From assembly GCA_000175855.1 (NCBI GenBank), contig ACYB01000001.1, positions 5,576 to 37,575 on the forward strand: DNA of 32,000 nucleotides, written 5' to 3'. Of this stretch, positions 17,285-25,362 are shown in pieces. Source of the DNA: Raphidiopsis brookii D9 (GTDB lineage: Bacteria > Cyanobacteriota > Cyanobacteriia > Cyanobacteriales > Nostocaceae). Within the stretch, counting starts at the first letter, position 1, and each line of letters opens with the position of its first letter. Below the pieces are notes generated by a model. It had not been told where the DNA came from, ran no database searches, and saw nothing but the letters and a program-made list of their open reading frames with translations. The position numbers and the translations under genes were made by a program.

Positions 17285-19654
17285 TCAGTCAGGTTTGAGT
17301 CGTTCTCGCCAAGATGGTTGGCCAGCTGGGGAATTGGGAGTTGGGAGTGAGGATGGCACAGTCTGGAAATCATTGCGACGCCGCCTTCTTCTTCTGGTAG
17401 AAGTGGTATTTTCCTCAGTTGAGGATGGCACAGTCTGCACATCGTAGCGACGCCGCCTTCTTCTTCTGGTAGAAGTGGTGCTTTCCTCAGTTGAAGATGG
17501 CACAGTCTGCACATCGTAGCGACGCCGCCTTCTTCTTCTGGTAGAAGTATCCTGATCTTGGTCTAATTGCCAATTGCGCCCTCTTCTACCACTTTGGCTG
17601 GTAGATGAATTACCATCTTGAGAATCTGAGTTATCATCACGCTTAGAAAATTTAAAGCCAGCATTTTTCTTAGAAATTGGTTGAGCCTTGATTGTGGCTT
17701 TGCGCTTTGCCACTCGGGAAGGTCGTGGAAACTTTTCCACTTTCAGGTCTTTTACAGCTCCCTCCATGAATTGAGACCAGGTGTAAGCAGCTGTGGAACT
17801 GGAACCATGAGTAGGGCGATTGTTATCATTACCTAGCCAAATTCCTGTTACCATTTGGGGTATGTAGCCAATAAACCATAAATCCCTTGACTCATCAGAT
17901 GTACCGGTTTTTCCTGCTACTGGCCTGTCTGGCAATTGGGCGGCCCGTCCAGTACCGTTGGTAACTACATTGGTTAACATATTGGTCACAATACCACTGC
18001 TATCAGCATCCAAGGCTCTTTTAGGTTGGAAATTCGCACTCCAAATTACATCACCCTGACGATTAAGAATGCGACGAATGGCGTGTGCTTCCGTATGTAA
18101 ACCTTCAGTGGCAAAGGAACCATAGGCACTGGTTAATTCTAAAAGGTTAACCTCATTAGAACCAAGAGCTAAGGAGTAGTTATGTTCTAAACGTGATTTA
18201 ATCCCCATGTTTTGGGCAATTTTAATGGTTGGCTCATAGCCAACATCTATTAACACTTGAAGGGAAATTGTATTGATGGATAGAGCCAATGCGTCTTGCA
18301 TGCTCATTAAACCACGGAACTTCTCGCTATAATTCTTTGGCTCATAACCTCTAAATGAAATAGGCTGATCCATATATGTATCCCCTGGATTCTTACCTGA
18401 AGCTATGGCAGCTGCATATACAAAGGTTTTAAATGTTGAACCTGGCTGTCTTTGAGCTTGGGTTACTCTATTGAACTGAGTTTTGGCAAAATCTTTCCCT
18501 CCAACCATCACCTGAATTTCTCCATTACGGGGATTAATAGACACTAAGGCACCTTCTCGAAACCTTCCCCAAGTTCCTTCTGTTTTCAGGGTTTTTACTA
18601 GTACCTCTTCCGCCATTTTTTGCCAATTTGAATTTAAGCTAGTTTCTACAGTTAGTCCACCCGCTGCTAAAATATCGGGTTTCAGGTATTTGGGTAGCTG
18701 CTGCTGCACGTAGGAACAAAAATAGGGCGCAGTAACTTGAAATCGTCTGGGTAAATTACTCTTAACTGTAAGTGTTTGTTGAAGTGCGGACTGTTTTTCT
18801 TGGGGTGTAATTACTCCATCCTCCTCCATTCTTTGTAAAACCGTATTTCTTCTGGCTATAGCTCCAGGGAGATTCTTGTCGGGAGCGTAAATATTGGGTG
18901 CAGGAGCAAGACCAGCAATAGTGGCTATTTCTGATAAGTTCAGTTGATCTACTGTTTTGCCAAAATATACCCAGCTGGCATCTGCTACTCCGTAAGCTCC
19001 CGAACCTAAATAAACTAAATTTAGGTAACGTTCTAAAATTTCTTCTTTGGTGAGTTCCCCTTCTATTTTCTGGGCTAAACGCACTTCCTTGAGTTTGCGC
19101 CACAGAGTCCGCTCTTGACTAAGAAACAGAATTCTAGCCAGTTGTTGAGTAATGGTACTACCACCTTGAACTACGTTTTTTGACTGGAAGTTACTGAGAG
19201 TAGCCCTAATAATTCCCTGAAAGTCTATTCCATCATGTTGTTTGAATCTTCTGTCTTCTGACGCAATAAAGGCTAACTGCAATTTGTCTGGAATCTGTTG
19301 TATTTTTAACTGCTCTCTTGTTGCTTCCCCTTGCTGCATTAAGACAGTACTGTCCCCAGCTTTAATGGTCAGGGTTTGTTGCCTTATCATCGCATTAAGT
19401 TCTGATTTATCTGGTAAGGAACTGTCTACTGTCCGAATACCATAGTTTAAACCAATTATGGTACTACTTAAACCTAACCCCGCCCAGAACCAAATCTGCC
19501 GATAAAACGGCTTCTCACCTCTCCCAATTTTTTCTCTCACCATCAACGATAGCTGCTGAATATGCCCAAGTAACAAGCCCAATTTTGGTGGTATACTCAG
19601 GGGTAGTTTCTCATCTGTGGGATTCTCGTTTTTCTGATTATTACCAACTGGCAA
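17285..19654 (-). CDS. Class A penicillin-binding protein (glycosyltransferase plus transpeptidase) with an Arg-rich repeat tail
   Basis: GT51 motifs EDRRFKQH and GGSTITQQLAR. Transpeptidase motifs GSTFK, SIN and KTGTS. The start is uncertain: a TTG at 19654, or the ATG at 19543 (MVREKIGRGEKPFYRQIWFW..., just before the TM helix). Confidence 0.85.
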   Translation of the reverse strand: MPVGNNQKNENPTDEKLPLSIPPKLGLLLGHIQQLSLMVREKIGRGEKPFYRQIWFWAGLGLSSTIIGLNYGIRTVDSSLPDKSELNAMIRQQTLTIKAGDSTVLMQQGEATREQLKIQQIPDKLQLAFIASEDRRFKQHDGIDFQGIIRATLSNFQSKNVVQGGSTITQQLARILFLSQERTLWRKLKEVRLAQKIEGELTKEEILERYLNLVYLGSGAYGVADASWVYFGKTVDQLNLSEIATIAGLAPAPNIYAPDKNLPGAIARRNTVLQRMEEDGVITPQEKQSALQQTLTVKSNLPRRFQVTAPYFCSYVQQQLPKYLKPDILAAGGLTVETSLNSNWQKMAEEVLVKTLKTEGTWGRFREGALVSINPRNGEIQVMVGGKDFAKTQFNRVTQAQRQPGSTFKTFVYAAAIASGKNPGDTYMDQPISFRGYEPKNYSEKFRGLMSMQDALALSINTISLQVLIDVGYEPTIKIAQNMGIKSRLEHNYSLALGSNEVNLLELTSAYGSFATEGLHTEAHAIRRILNRQGDVIWSANFQPKRALDADSSGIVTNMLTNVVTNGTGRAAQLPDRPVAGKTGTSDESRDLWFIGYIPQMVTGIWLGNDNNRPTHGSSSTAAYTWSQFMEGAVKDLKVEKFPRPSRVAKRKATIKAQPISKKNAGFKFSKRDDNSDSQDGNSSTSQSGRRGRNWQLDQDQDTSTRRRRRRRYDVQTVPSSTEESTTSTRRRRRRRYDVQTVPSSTEENTTSTRRRRRRRNDFQTVPSSLPTPNSPAGQPSWRERLKPD
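17362..17558. repeat. 72-bp tandem repeat, about 2.7 copies, inside the PBP 3' end
   Basis: Units start at 17362, 17434 and 17506. Units 2 and 3 are identical over their first 53 nt. Units 1 and 2 differ at 7 of 72 positions. The repeat is in frame and encodes RRRRRRRYDVQTVPSSTEE(S/N)TTST. Confidence 0.9.
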
Positions 19655-19913
19655 GAGTCATTTCTCCTTATCAGACGTAGTTTAAGTGAAGTTTTAATTG
19701 TTTTAATTATAGCTTTAGCCAGAACGCCATGGACAGGTCTGATGGCTAAGCTAAAAGTCAGTGCTGGTGTTCTGAATCGCCCCATTCCCAGTGGCTACGG
19801 CTATAGTTAGTGACTAATATCACTCATACTGAGCCGTTTCAACCACAGTAGTTTTAATGTAAAACTGGCAAATTTCCCTCTTTCCGGAGATATTTTGGGC
19901 GAATTTCCCTTAG

Positions 19914-20336
19914 TTAGTTTTGTACGTCCACCCAGCGACGGTAAAGTTTTTGAATTTTCCTGAGCAAGGAGGTGTAAATTGTTTGATTATAATCCAAGTT
20001 TTTAGTTAAATCCTGTATTTTTGTTAGCAATTTAGCCTCTTCCGTAGCCACTTCACCATCACTATAGATTAACCCACTGATGGATTCAATTAAGTCTTGA
20101 CACTGTTCTAAACTAGGGCGATCGCCTAAATACTCTCTTACCCATTGATAGCATTGATCTGGTTTAACTTGAACTAACTCGTAGAGCCAAGGTTTGATTT
20201 CTGGATCAGCAGAAAGACCCTTAGAATGGGCTATCTCTCTGAGATATTGTCTTTCCTCTGGCTGAATTCTACCATCAATCCAAGCTGCACCAATGAGAAT
20301 TTTAACTAGATTTTTTACGTCGGGATGATTAACCAT
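19914..20336 (-). CDS. TerB-family (tellurite-resistance-like) protein
   Basis: Two DG......EE...L units (AAWIDGRIQPEERQYLREI and IYSDGEVATEEAKLLTKI) are typical of the cyanobacterial ~140-aa TerB-like family. Confidence 0.65.
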   Translation of the reverse strand: MVNHPDVKNLVKILIGAAWIDGRIQPEERQYLREIAHSKGLSADPEIKPWLYELVQVKPDQCYQWVREYLGDRPSLEQCQDLIESISGLIYSDGEVATEEAKLLTKIQDLTKNLDYNQTIYTSLLRKIQKLYRRWVDVQN

Positions 20337-20399
20337 TTTGCCTCCTCCAGTAGATTCGGACTCTGGTTAAATGATACAATAGTTGGGGATATTTCAAGT

Positions 20400-21740
20400 C
20401 TAATCCTTGTTTTTTCTTAAACGCACTAAGAAAAAACCGTCCATAAGCTGTTGGTGTGGCCAGAGCTTTAACCATCCGGGGGAGGAAACATCCAGAAAAT
20501 CAAAGTTTGGCTTTTCCATCTCCCACTGGGGATTGATATGCAAAAATTCTCTAATTAGGTCCTCGTTCTCCTGGGGATGCAAGGTGCAAGTAGCATAGAC
20601 TAAGACTCCTCCTGGCTTGACAAACTTGGCAGTATGGGATATAAGTTCTTTCTGTATGTGAGCAAGATCTCCTACGGAGCTAGGGTCTTGTCGCCAGCGT
20701 GCATCAGCGTGACGGTGCATAGTCCCTAAACCAGAACAGGGAGCGTCTAACAGTACCCGGTCAGCTACATGGTGGAATTGAGTAAAATTGCGACTGTCTC
20801 CAGGAAAAATTTCAATGGATTGCAAACGGAGACGTTGAGCATTTTCACTGAGTTTACGTAAGCGAGAAGGAGTGCGATCGCAGGCATATATTTTGCCATT
20901 ATCACCCATTAATTCGGCAATGTGGGTGGTTTTTCCCCCGGGGGCGGCACAAACATCAATAATCACCTCACCAGGCTTAGGATCGAGCAAATGACCAACT
21001 AACTGGGCCGCAGCATCTTGTATGCACCACCATCCCTCAGTGAAACCTGGTAAATTTTGAATTGGTCCAGCAGGGTTGACTAACCTTAACCCCTGGGGTA
21101 AGTGGGGTATCCTATCCACTAAAATACCAGCCTTTTTAAAAACTGATTCCACCATTTCTAGGGAAGCTCGAAGAATATTGACCCGTAAATCAATCGTCGG
21201 AGTTTGATTCATCCACTGACAGAGTTTTTCCGTTTCTTCCTGGCCCAACTGTGATAACCAAACCTCAATTACCCAATTGGGAAAGCTGTATAAAATACCT
21301 AGTCTTTCTACCAAATTTTCCGGAAGGATCAGGGGATCAGAGGTCTTTTCCAAAAGACGTATATATTGGCGTAAAAAACCATTCACAAAACCAGTTAACC
21401 CGGGGAAACCATTTTCTTTTGCCAGTTGCACAGTAGTATTGACAGCAGCAGAAACGGGGATTTTTTGTTGGTAACGCAGTTGATACAAACCCAGATGCAA
21501 AATACATCGCAGATCCCTTGGCTGTTGTTGTGATTTTTTATCAGCAATTTGGTCAATTATTGCATCTAAGCTGCGTTGTCTCCTCACACTACCGTAGACC
21601 AATTCTGTCATTAATCGTCGGTCATGATCAGACAACTTAAACTTCTGTAAAGTGCGATCGATAGCAATATCAGCATAAGCTCCCCGGTGTACTTCTCTGA
21701 GAGCAGTAAATGCTATTTGTCGAGTAGATAAGGTTTTCAT
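20400..21740 (-). CDS. rsmB: 16S rRNA (cytosine967-C5)-methyltransferase RsmB/Sun
   Basis: A NusB-like N-terminus, SAM motif DVCAAPGGKT, and catalytic Cys motifs DAPCSGLG and YATCTL. The likely start is the ATG at 21740 (MKTLSTRQ). The track ORF begins at an upstream TTG at 21797. Confidence 0.88.
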   Translation of the reverse strand: MKTLSTRQIAFTALREVHRGAYADIAIDRTLQKFKLSDHDRRLMTELVYGSVRRQRSLDAIIDQIADKKSQQQPRDLRCILHLGLYQLRYQQKIPVSAAVNTTVQLAKENGFPGLTGFVNGFLRQYIRLLEKTSDPLILPENLVERLGILYSFPNWVIEVWLSQLGQEETEKLCQWMNQTPTIDLRVNILRASLEMVESVFKKAGILVDRIPHLPQGLRLVNPAGPIQNLPGFTEGWWCIQDAAAQLVGHLLDPKPGEVIIDVCAAPGGKTTHIAELMGDNGKIYACDRTPSRLRKLSENAQRLRLQSIEIFPGDSRNFTQFHHVADRVLLDAPCSGLGTMHRHADARWRQDPSSVGDLAHIQKELISHTAKFVKPGGVLVYATCTLHPQENEDLIREFLHINPQWEMEKPNFDFLDVSSPGWLKLWPHQQLMDGFFLVRLRKNKD

Positions 21741-21838
21741 AAAAGGATCATTATACCATTTTAACATGCACTGAACAAAGGGAATTGCCTGGGGCAATTC
21801 CCTTCTTGCACAGTTGTCAAAGGTGCTGTGGTATTGAT

Positions 21839-22684
21839 TTATCTTCTTCTGCTACCAAAACCGCCAGAGCGCCGAACCCCAGAAGAACGAGATCCACTGC
21901 CAAAACTACTACCAGAATTACGTCGCAGAGAACTAGACCGCCCTGATGAGCGGAGATTACTACCCCCAAAGCCAGATCCAGTAGCTCTACCACCAGTATT
22001 ATTCCGATTTGTCAATCCACTATTAGATCTAAGGGATCCAGTAGTACGGAAAACTGCACGATTTCTCACAGCTGCAGGTGGTTGATTATAGCGACTTTGA
22101 TAACTAGAAACTGCTGCATTATAGCTAGAACCATATCCACCATGACCATAAATACCACCGGGTTGATAAACGGGGGGTACGTAGTACTGAGGTCTGAATA
22201 ACATACTACCAATGGCCTGACCTGCTATATTACCAGCTACAGCAGCTGCGAAAGGAGTCCAGAAACTAGACTCTTGACGGACAAAAACCGTTTCCTGCTG
22301 TCCGGTTTGAGGATTACTTCTGGTTTCGGTAACATTATGGACATACTCAATTTTAAAGTCCTCGGTTATATATAAGGCTAGTTGTCCATTCTCCACCTTT
22401 AAATAACTTTTTTTGCCCTCTTTGACTTCCTCATCAGTTAAACGAGCCATTTGTAATTTCTCCGTGGCAAAAGTTGGTGGTTGATTGCCCAGCAAAAATA
22501 GGGTATACTCACCATTGGCATCGTTATAAGTAACCTGTTGTACTTGATACTGTCCATCATTGAGTTTAGTGGGGGTTGCACTTTGACTACCATTGGAGTA
22601 GGTGGTATTTTGGGAACCTCCCCCACAAGCAATGGTTGTTAAGCACAAAGTTAGGGCTAAACAAACAATTGTCAGTTTACGCAT
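21839..22684 (-). CDS. Putative lipoprotein with a glycine-zipper hydrophobic segment and an Arg/Ser/Gly-rich disordered tail
   Basis: MRKLTIVCLALTLCLTTIAC-GGG is a lipobox-type signal. FAAAVAGNIAGQAIGSMLF is the hydrophobic segment. The last ~80 aa are RS/RG-rich and end in GGFGSRRR. The start was chosen at the ATG at 22684. The track start at 22759 and the ATG at 22699 are alternatives. Confidence 0.6.
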   Translation of the reverse strand: MRKLTIVCLALTLCLTTIACGGGSQNTTYSNGSQSATPTKLNDGQYQVQQVTYNDANGEYTLFLLGNQPPTFATEKLQMARLTDEEVKEGKKSYLKVENGQLALYITEDFKIEYVHNVTETRSNPQTGQQETVFVRQESSFWTPFAAAVAGNIAGQAIGSMLFRPQYYVPPVYQPGGIYGHGGYGSSYNAAVSSYQSRYNQPPAAVRNRAVFRTTGSLRSNSGLTNRNNTGGRATGSGFGGSNLRSSGRSSSLRRNSGSSFGSGSRSSGVRRSGGFGSRRR

Positions 22685-22764
22685 TATAGTCTTGACCATT
22701 TGAATAATTTGATTTTTCCGGGGTGTTATTTTTGATTGCCAATAACTCAAGGTTAACAAGAAAA

Positions 22765-23352
22765 TTAGAGAGGAATCAACTCTGGATAATATTCTAACAA
22801 ATGATCATCTGTCAGTTCATCGCCCAAGCGTGCAGGAGAGAAGTGAACTTGGATGGCTCTAAGTTTATTTTGGTAGTGTAAGTTCACTAATGATTTTAAC
22901 CCAGCTTTGAGGGAAGAAATCTGGGCTAGATTTGTTTCTATTTCTGGTACTTCACCTTCAAAAGCAACTGTGATCATAACTAGCACATTCCGGGTAACGG
23001 GAATGGATAACGCCTGACCTGGACTAGAACCGGTATCAAGGTCAGCTCCATATCTCCCCGCAGAATCAGTAAATAATTCATTTACATAGTCTCCCGCTTC
23101 TCCCTCGTTCCAGAATACATCTCCCTCATTACCAGCAGCAACCCAGCACTGGTCATATCTCAACAGGGTTTCACACACTGTGACTAGTTGCTCTCCTAAT
23201 GATTCTAAATCACCTTCAGCATCTATTGCTTCTCTAGCAGCACTATTTAAGACTCCTAAAATTGGTGCCACTTCCTGACCATTCAGGTGCAAAAATATAC
23301 GGGAGACTACGTAACGTGTTCTACCGATAAACTTATTAAATAAATTGGCCAT
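22765..23352 (-). CDS. Conserved hypothetical soluble protein, possibly related to the C-terminal domain of DUF1517 proteins
   Basis: 195-aa ORF with no signal peptide. The ending ...VLVMITVAFEGEVPE...LRAIQVHFSPARLGDELTDDHLLEYYPELIPL resembles, from memory, the DUF1517 C-terminal consensus. The family call is tentative. Confidence 0.55.
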   Translation of the reverse strand: MANLFNKFIGRTRYVVSRIFLHLNGQEVAPILGVLNSAAREAIDAEGDLESLGEQLVTVCETLLRYDQCWVAAGNEGDVFWNEGEAGDYVNELFTDSAGRYGADLDTGSSPGQALSIPVTRNVLVMITVAFEGEVPEIETNLAQISSLKAGLKSLVNLHYQNKLRAIQVHFSPARLGDELTDDHLLEYYPELIPL

Positions 23353-23431
23353 TTTTTCCCAATAGATTTTGTAGTCCTTTATTCCAATATGATATCAGAA
23401 AGAGGGATTAGGAAAGGAAGAGAAAAGAAGA

Positions 23432-23968
23432 TTAAATCAATCTCTGGTTCATCAGTTTTTGGTATTCTGCTTCACTAATGAGGTCTTGGGGAGATTCGAC
23501 CCGGTCTAAAAATACTAAACCTTCCAAGTGATCATACTCATGTTGAAAAATTCTTGCCACGAAGTTGACTAACTCCTGTTTTTGAAAATTACCATTTCTA
23601 TCAGTATATTCCACTTGAATTCTTTCATACCTAGGAACCAAACCCCTGATTCCTGGAACACTTAAACAACCTTCCCATCCTTTGGTAATTTCTGTTCCAT
23701 AACCAACTATTTTAGGATTAATCATTGGTGTTGGCTCCATTTCCGGTGCGTGGGGATATCTGGGATTAGGACGGGAAGCTACAATAAATAGGCGCAATGA
23801 TTGGGCCACTTGGGGTGCAGCAATGCCCACCCCATTGGACTGGGCAACTGTGGTTATTAAATGATCAATTAGTTGTTGTATTTCCCGATCATTTATCGCT
23901 TCAATTTCTGTAGCTTTTTGCTGTAATAAGAGATTGCCCAATTGAATAATTGATGATTTACCAGTCAT
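23432..23968 (-). CDS. def: Peptide deformylase
   Basis: All three motifs are present: GVGIAAPQV, EGCLSVPG and QHEYDHLEG. Confidence 0.92.
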   Translation of the reverse strand: MTGKSSIIQLGNLLLQQKATEIEAINDREIQQLIDHLITTVAQSNGVGIAAPQVAQSLRLFIVASRPNPRYPHAPEMEPTPMINPKIVGYGTEITKGWEGCLSVPGIRGLVPRYERIQVEYTDRNGNFQKQELVNFVARIFQHEYDHLEGLVFLDRVESPQDLISEAEYQKLMNQRLI

Positions 23969-23999
23969 ATTTTAACTTCCTATTTCCTACTATTAATTA

Positions 24000-24017
24000 C
24001 TATACTAGATAGTATAG
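24000..24017. promoter_or_regulatory. Inverted repeat ctatacta-ga-tagtatag upstream of def
   Basis: 8-bp perfect arms with a 2-nt centre, 32 nt upstream of the def ATG and 28 nt downstream of the htrA stop. The centre is too short for a hairpin loop, so a protein-binding site or overlapping -10-like elements are more likely. Confidence 0.25.
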
Positions 24018-24044
24018 CATGTTATTTAAGCCCGTGTTGTAAAA

Positions 24045-25217
24045 CTATCTTCGGGATCTTATCGGTAGGGGTCCTGGCTTAACAGTTAAATTTAAATTTG
24101 TACCATTACGCTCCACTTCTATTGCCAGAGGAGTTCCAATTTGACTTTTTTCTACAAGTTTTTGCACTTCCTCGACTTTAGTAATTGATTGGTTGTTAAT
24201 GCTTTTAATTACATCCCCTGCTCTTAGTCCTCCCTCTGCTGCTGGTGATTGAGGAACAATTCTAACTAAGAATACTCCTTTATCAGTAATAATATTGACC
24301 CTACCATCAAATCTACCAACTATTCTATTCTTAATCTCAGGAGTGAGGGTGATCATTTCTACTCCCAAATAAGGATGATCAACGCGACCATTGGTAATTA
24401 ATTCTTGGGCAATTTTTTTCACGGTATTAATGGGAATAGCAAAACCTAAACCTTGGGCACCTTGAATAATCGCAGTGTTCATACCTATGGCTTCCCCGCG
24501 AGCATTTAAAAGCGGACCCCCAGAATTACCTGGATTAATCGCTGCATCAGTTTGTAAGTAATCTACCCGTTTATCACTAGCACCAATATCAGTGCTAGAC
24601 CGATCTGTAGCGCTGATGATGCCAGAAGTTACGGTATTGTTTAAACCTAAAGGATTACCAATAGCAATTACTGCTTCTCCAGGCTGTAAGTCACTGGAAT
24701 TACCTAGAGTTAAAGTGGGCAGATTTTGAGCATTAATTTGGATAACTGCCACGTCTGTAACCGCATCTTCGCCCAACACCTTACCATCAAAACTACGCCC
24801 GTCTTTCAGAGTTACTGTTACCTGATCCGCACCGTCTACCACATGGGAATTAGTTAAAATTTGACCAGAAGCATTAATGATAAATCCTGAACCACTACCT
24901 CTTTCTACCCTTTGTTCTGGTTGGGGAAGAGCATCACCAAAAAATCTACGTAAGAATGGGTCAGAAAACTCTTCTGGTACTTGAGAGGTAACAGTTCTGG
25001 CAGAGTCAATACGGACAACCGCACTTCCCACTTTTTGCACTACTTGAACAATAAAATTTGGATCACCACCAACTACGACCACAGAATTGGACTTAGTGGT
25101 TGATTCAACTTGAGGGTTGATTTTTTGTGGTGTGAGATTTCTGCCATTTAAATTGGAGCAGCCTGTCACAATTACGATTAGTCCAGTCATGAATATTGAG
25201 CGTTTTAATTGAGCCAT
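24045..25217 (-). CDS. HtrA/DegP-family periplasmic serine protease with one PDZ domain
   Basis: Catalytic triad context TNSHVV, DVAVIQI and GNSGGPLLN, plus a C-terminal PDZ (GLRAGDVI). The likely start is the ATG at 25217 (MAQLKRSIFMTGLIVIVTGC, lipobox-like). The track start is at 25292. Confidence 0.85.
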   Translation of the reverse strand: MAQLKRSIFMTGLIVIVTGCSNLNGRNLTPQKINPQVESTTKSNSVVVVGGDPNFIVQVVQKVGSAVVRIDSARTVTSQVPEEFSDPFLRRFFGDALPQPEQRVERGSGSGFIINASGQILTNSHVVDGADQVTVTLKDGRSFDGKVLGEDAVTDVAVIQINAQNLPTLTLGNSSDLQPGEAVIAIGNPLGLNNTVTSGIISATDRSSTDIGASDKRVDYLQTDAAINPGNSGGPLLNARGEAIGMNTAIIQGAQGLGFAIPINTVKKIAQELITNGRVDHPYLGVEMITLTPEIKNRIVGRFDGRVNIITDKGVFLVRIVPQSPAAEGGLRAGDVIKSINNQSITKVEEVQKLVEKSQIGTPLAIEVERNGTNLNLTVKPGPLPIRSRR

Positions 25218-25305
25218 GGAAGGATGAATGAAGGTGGAAAATAAGTAATTGATCATAATTTTGTGGTGGAGCTGGTGGGGGATTGGAAGCATGAGCTAGG
25301 ATAGC

Positions 25306-25329
25306 GGAAAATTTGCCAGGAAAATTTGC
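25306..25329. promoter_or_regulatory. Direct repeat ggaaaatttgc-ca-ggaaaatttgc upstream of dnaN
   Basis: Two perfect 11-mers with a 13-bp period, 34 nt upstream of the dnaN ATG. Confidence 0.3.
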
Positions 25330-25362
25330 TAGTATGATCCTTCACTATCTGTGTTCAGATTT

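Noticed and set aside
17233-17514. ORFs at 17233-17514 (minus) and 17259-17447 (plus) overlapping the PBP 3' end
   Set aside because: They are alternative-frame and antisense readings of the 72-bp tandem repeat. Their internal repeats simply mirror the DNA repeat. The PBP frame is continuous with the catalytic domains.
18762-19103. 113-aa minus-strand ORF in another frame of the PBP gene
   Set aside because: It overlaps the conserved glycosyltransferase region of the PBP in a different frame and has no motifs. It is spurious.
19597-19785. 62-aa minus-strand ORF spanning the PBP start region
   Set aside because: It overlaps the PBP 5' end out of frame and extends into an A/T-rich promoter region. 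It has no ribosome-binding site or motifs.
21828-22085. 85-aa plus-strand ORF (Pro/Arg/Glu-rich)
   Set aside because: It is the antisense reading of the Arg/Ser/Gly-rich tail of the lipoprotein gene, a low-complexity mirror artefact.
25218-25362. Chromosomal origin (oriC) upstream of dnaN
   Set aside because: There is only one near-consensus DnaA box plus weak partial matches in ~145 bp, and no A/T-rich unwinding element that I can delimit. This is insufficient for an origin call. It is kept only as a low-interest regulatory observation.
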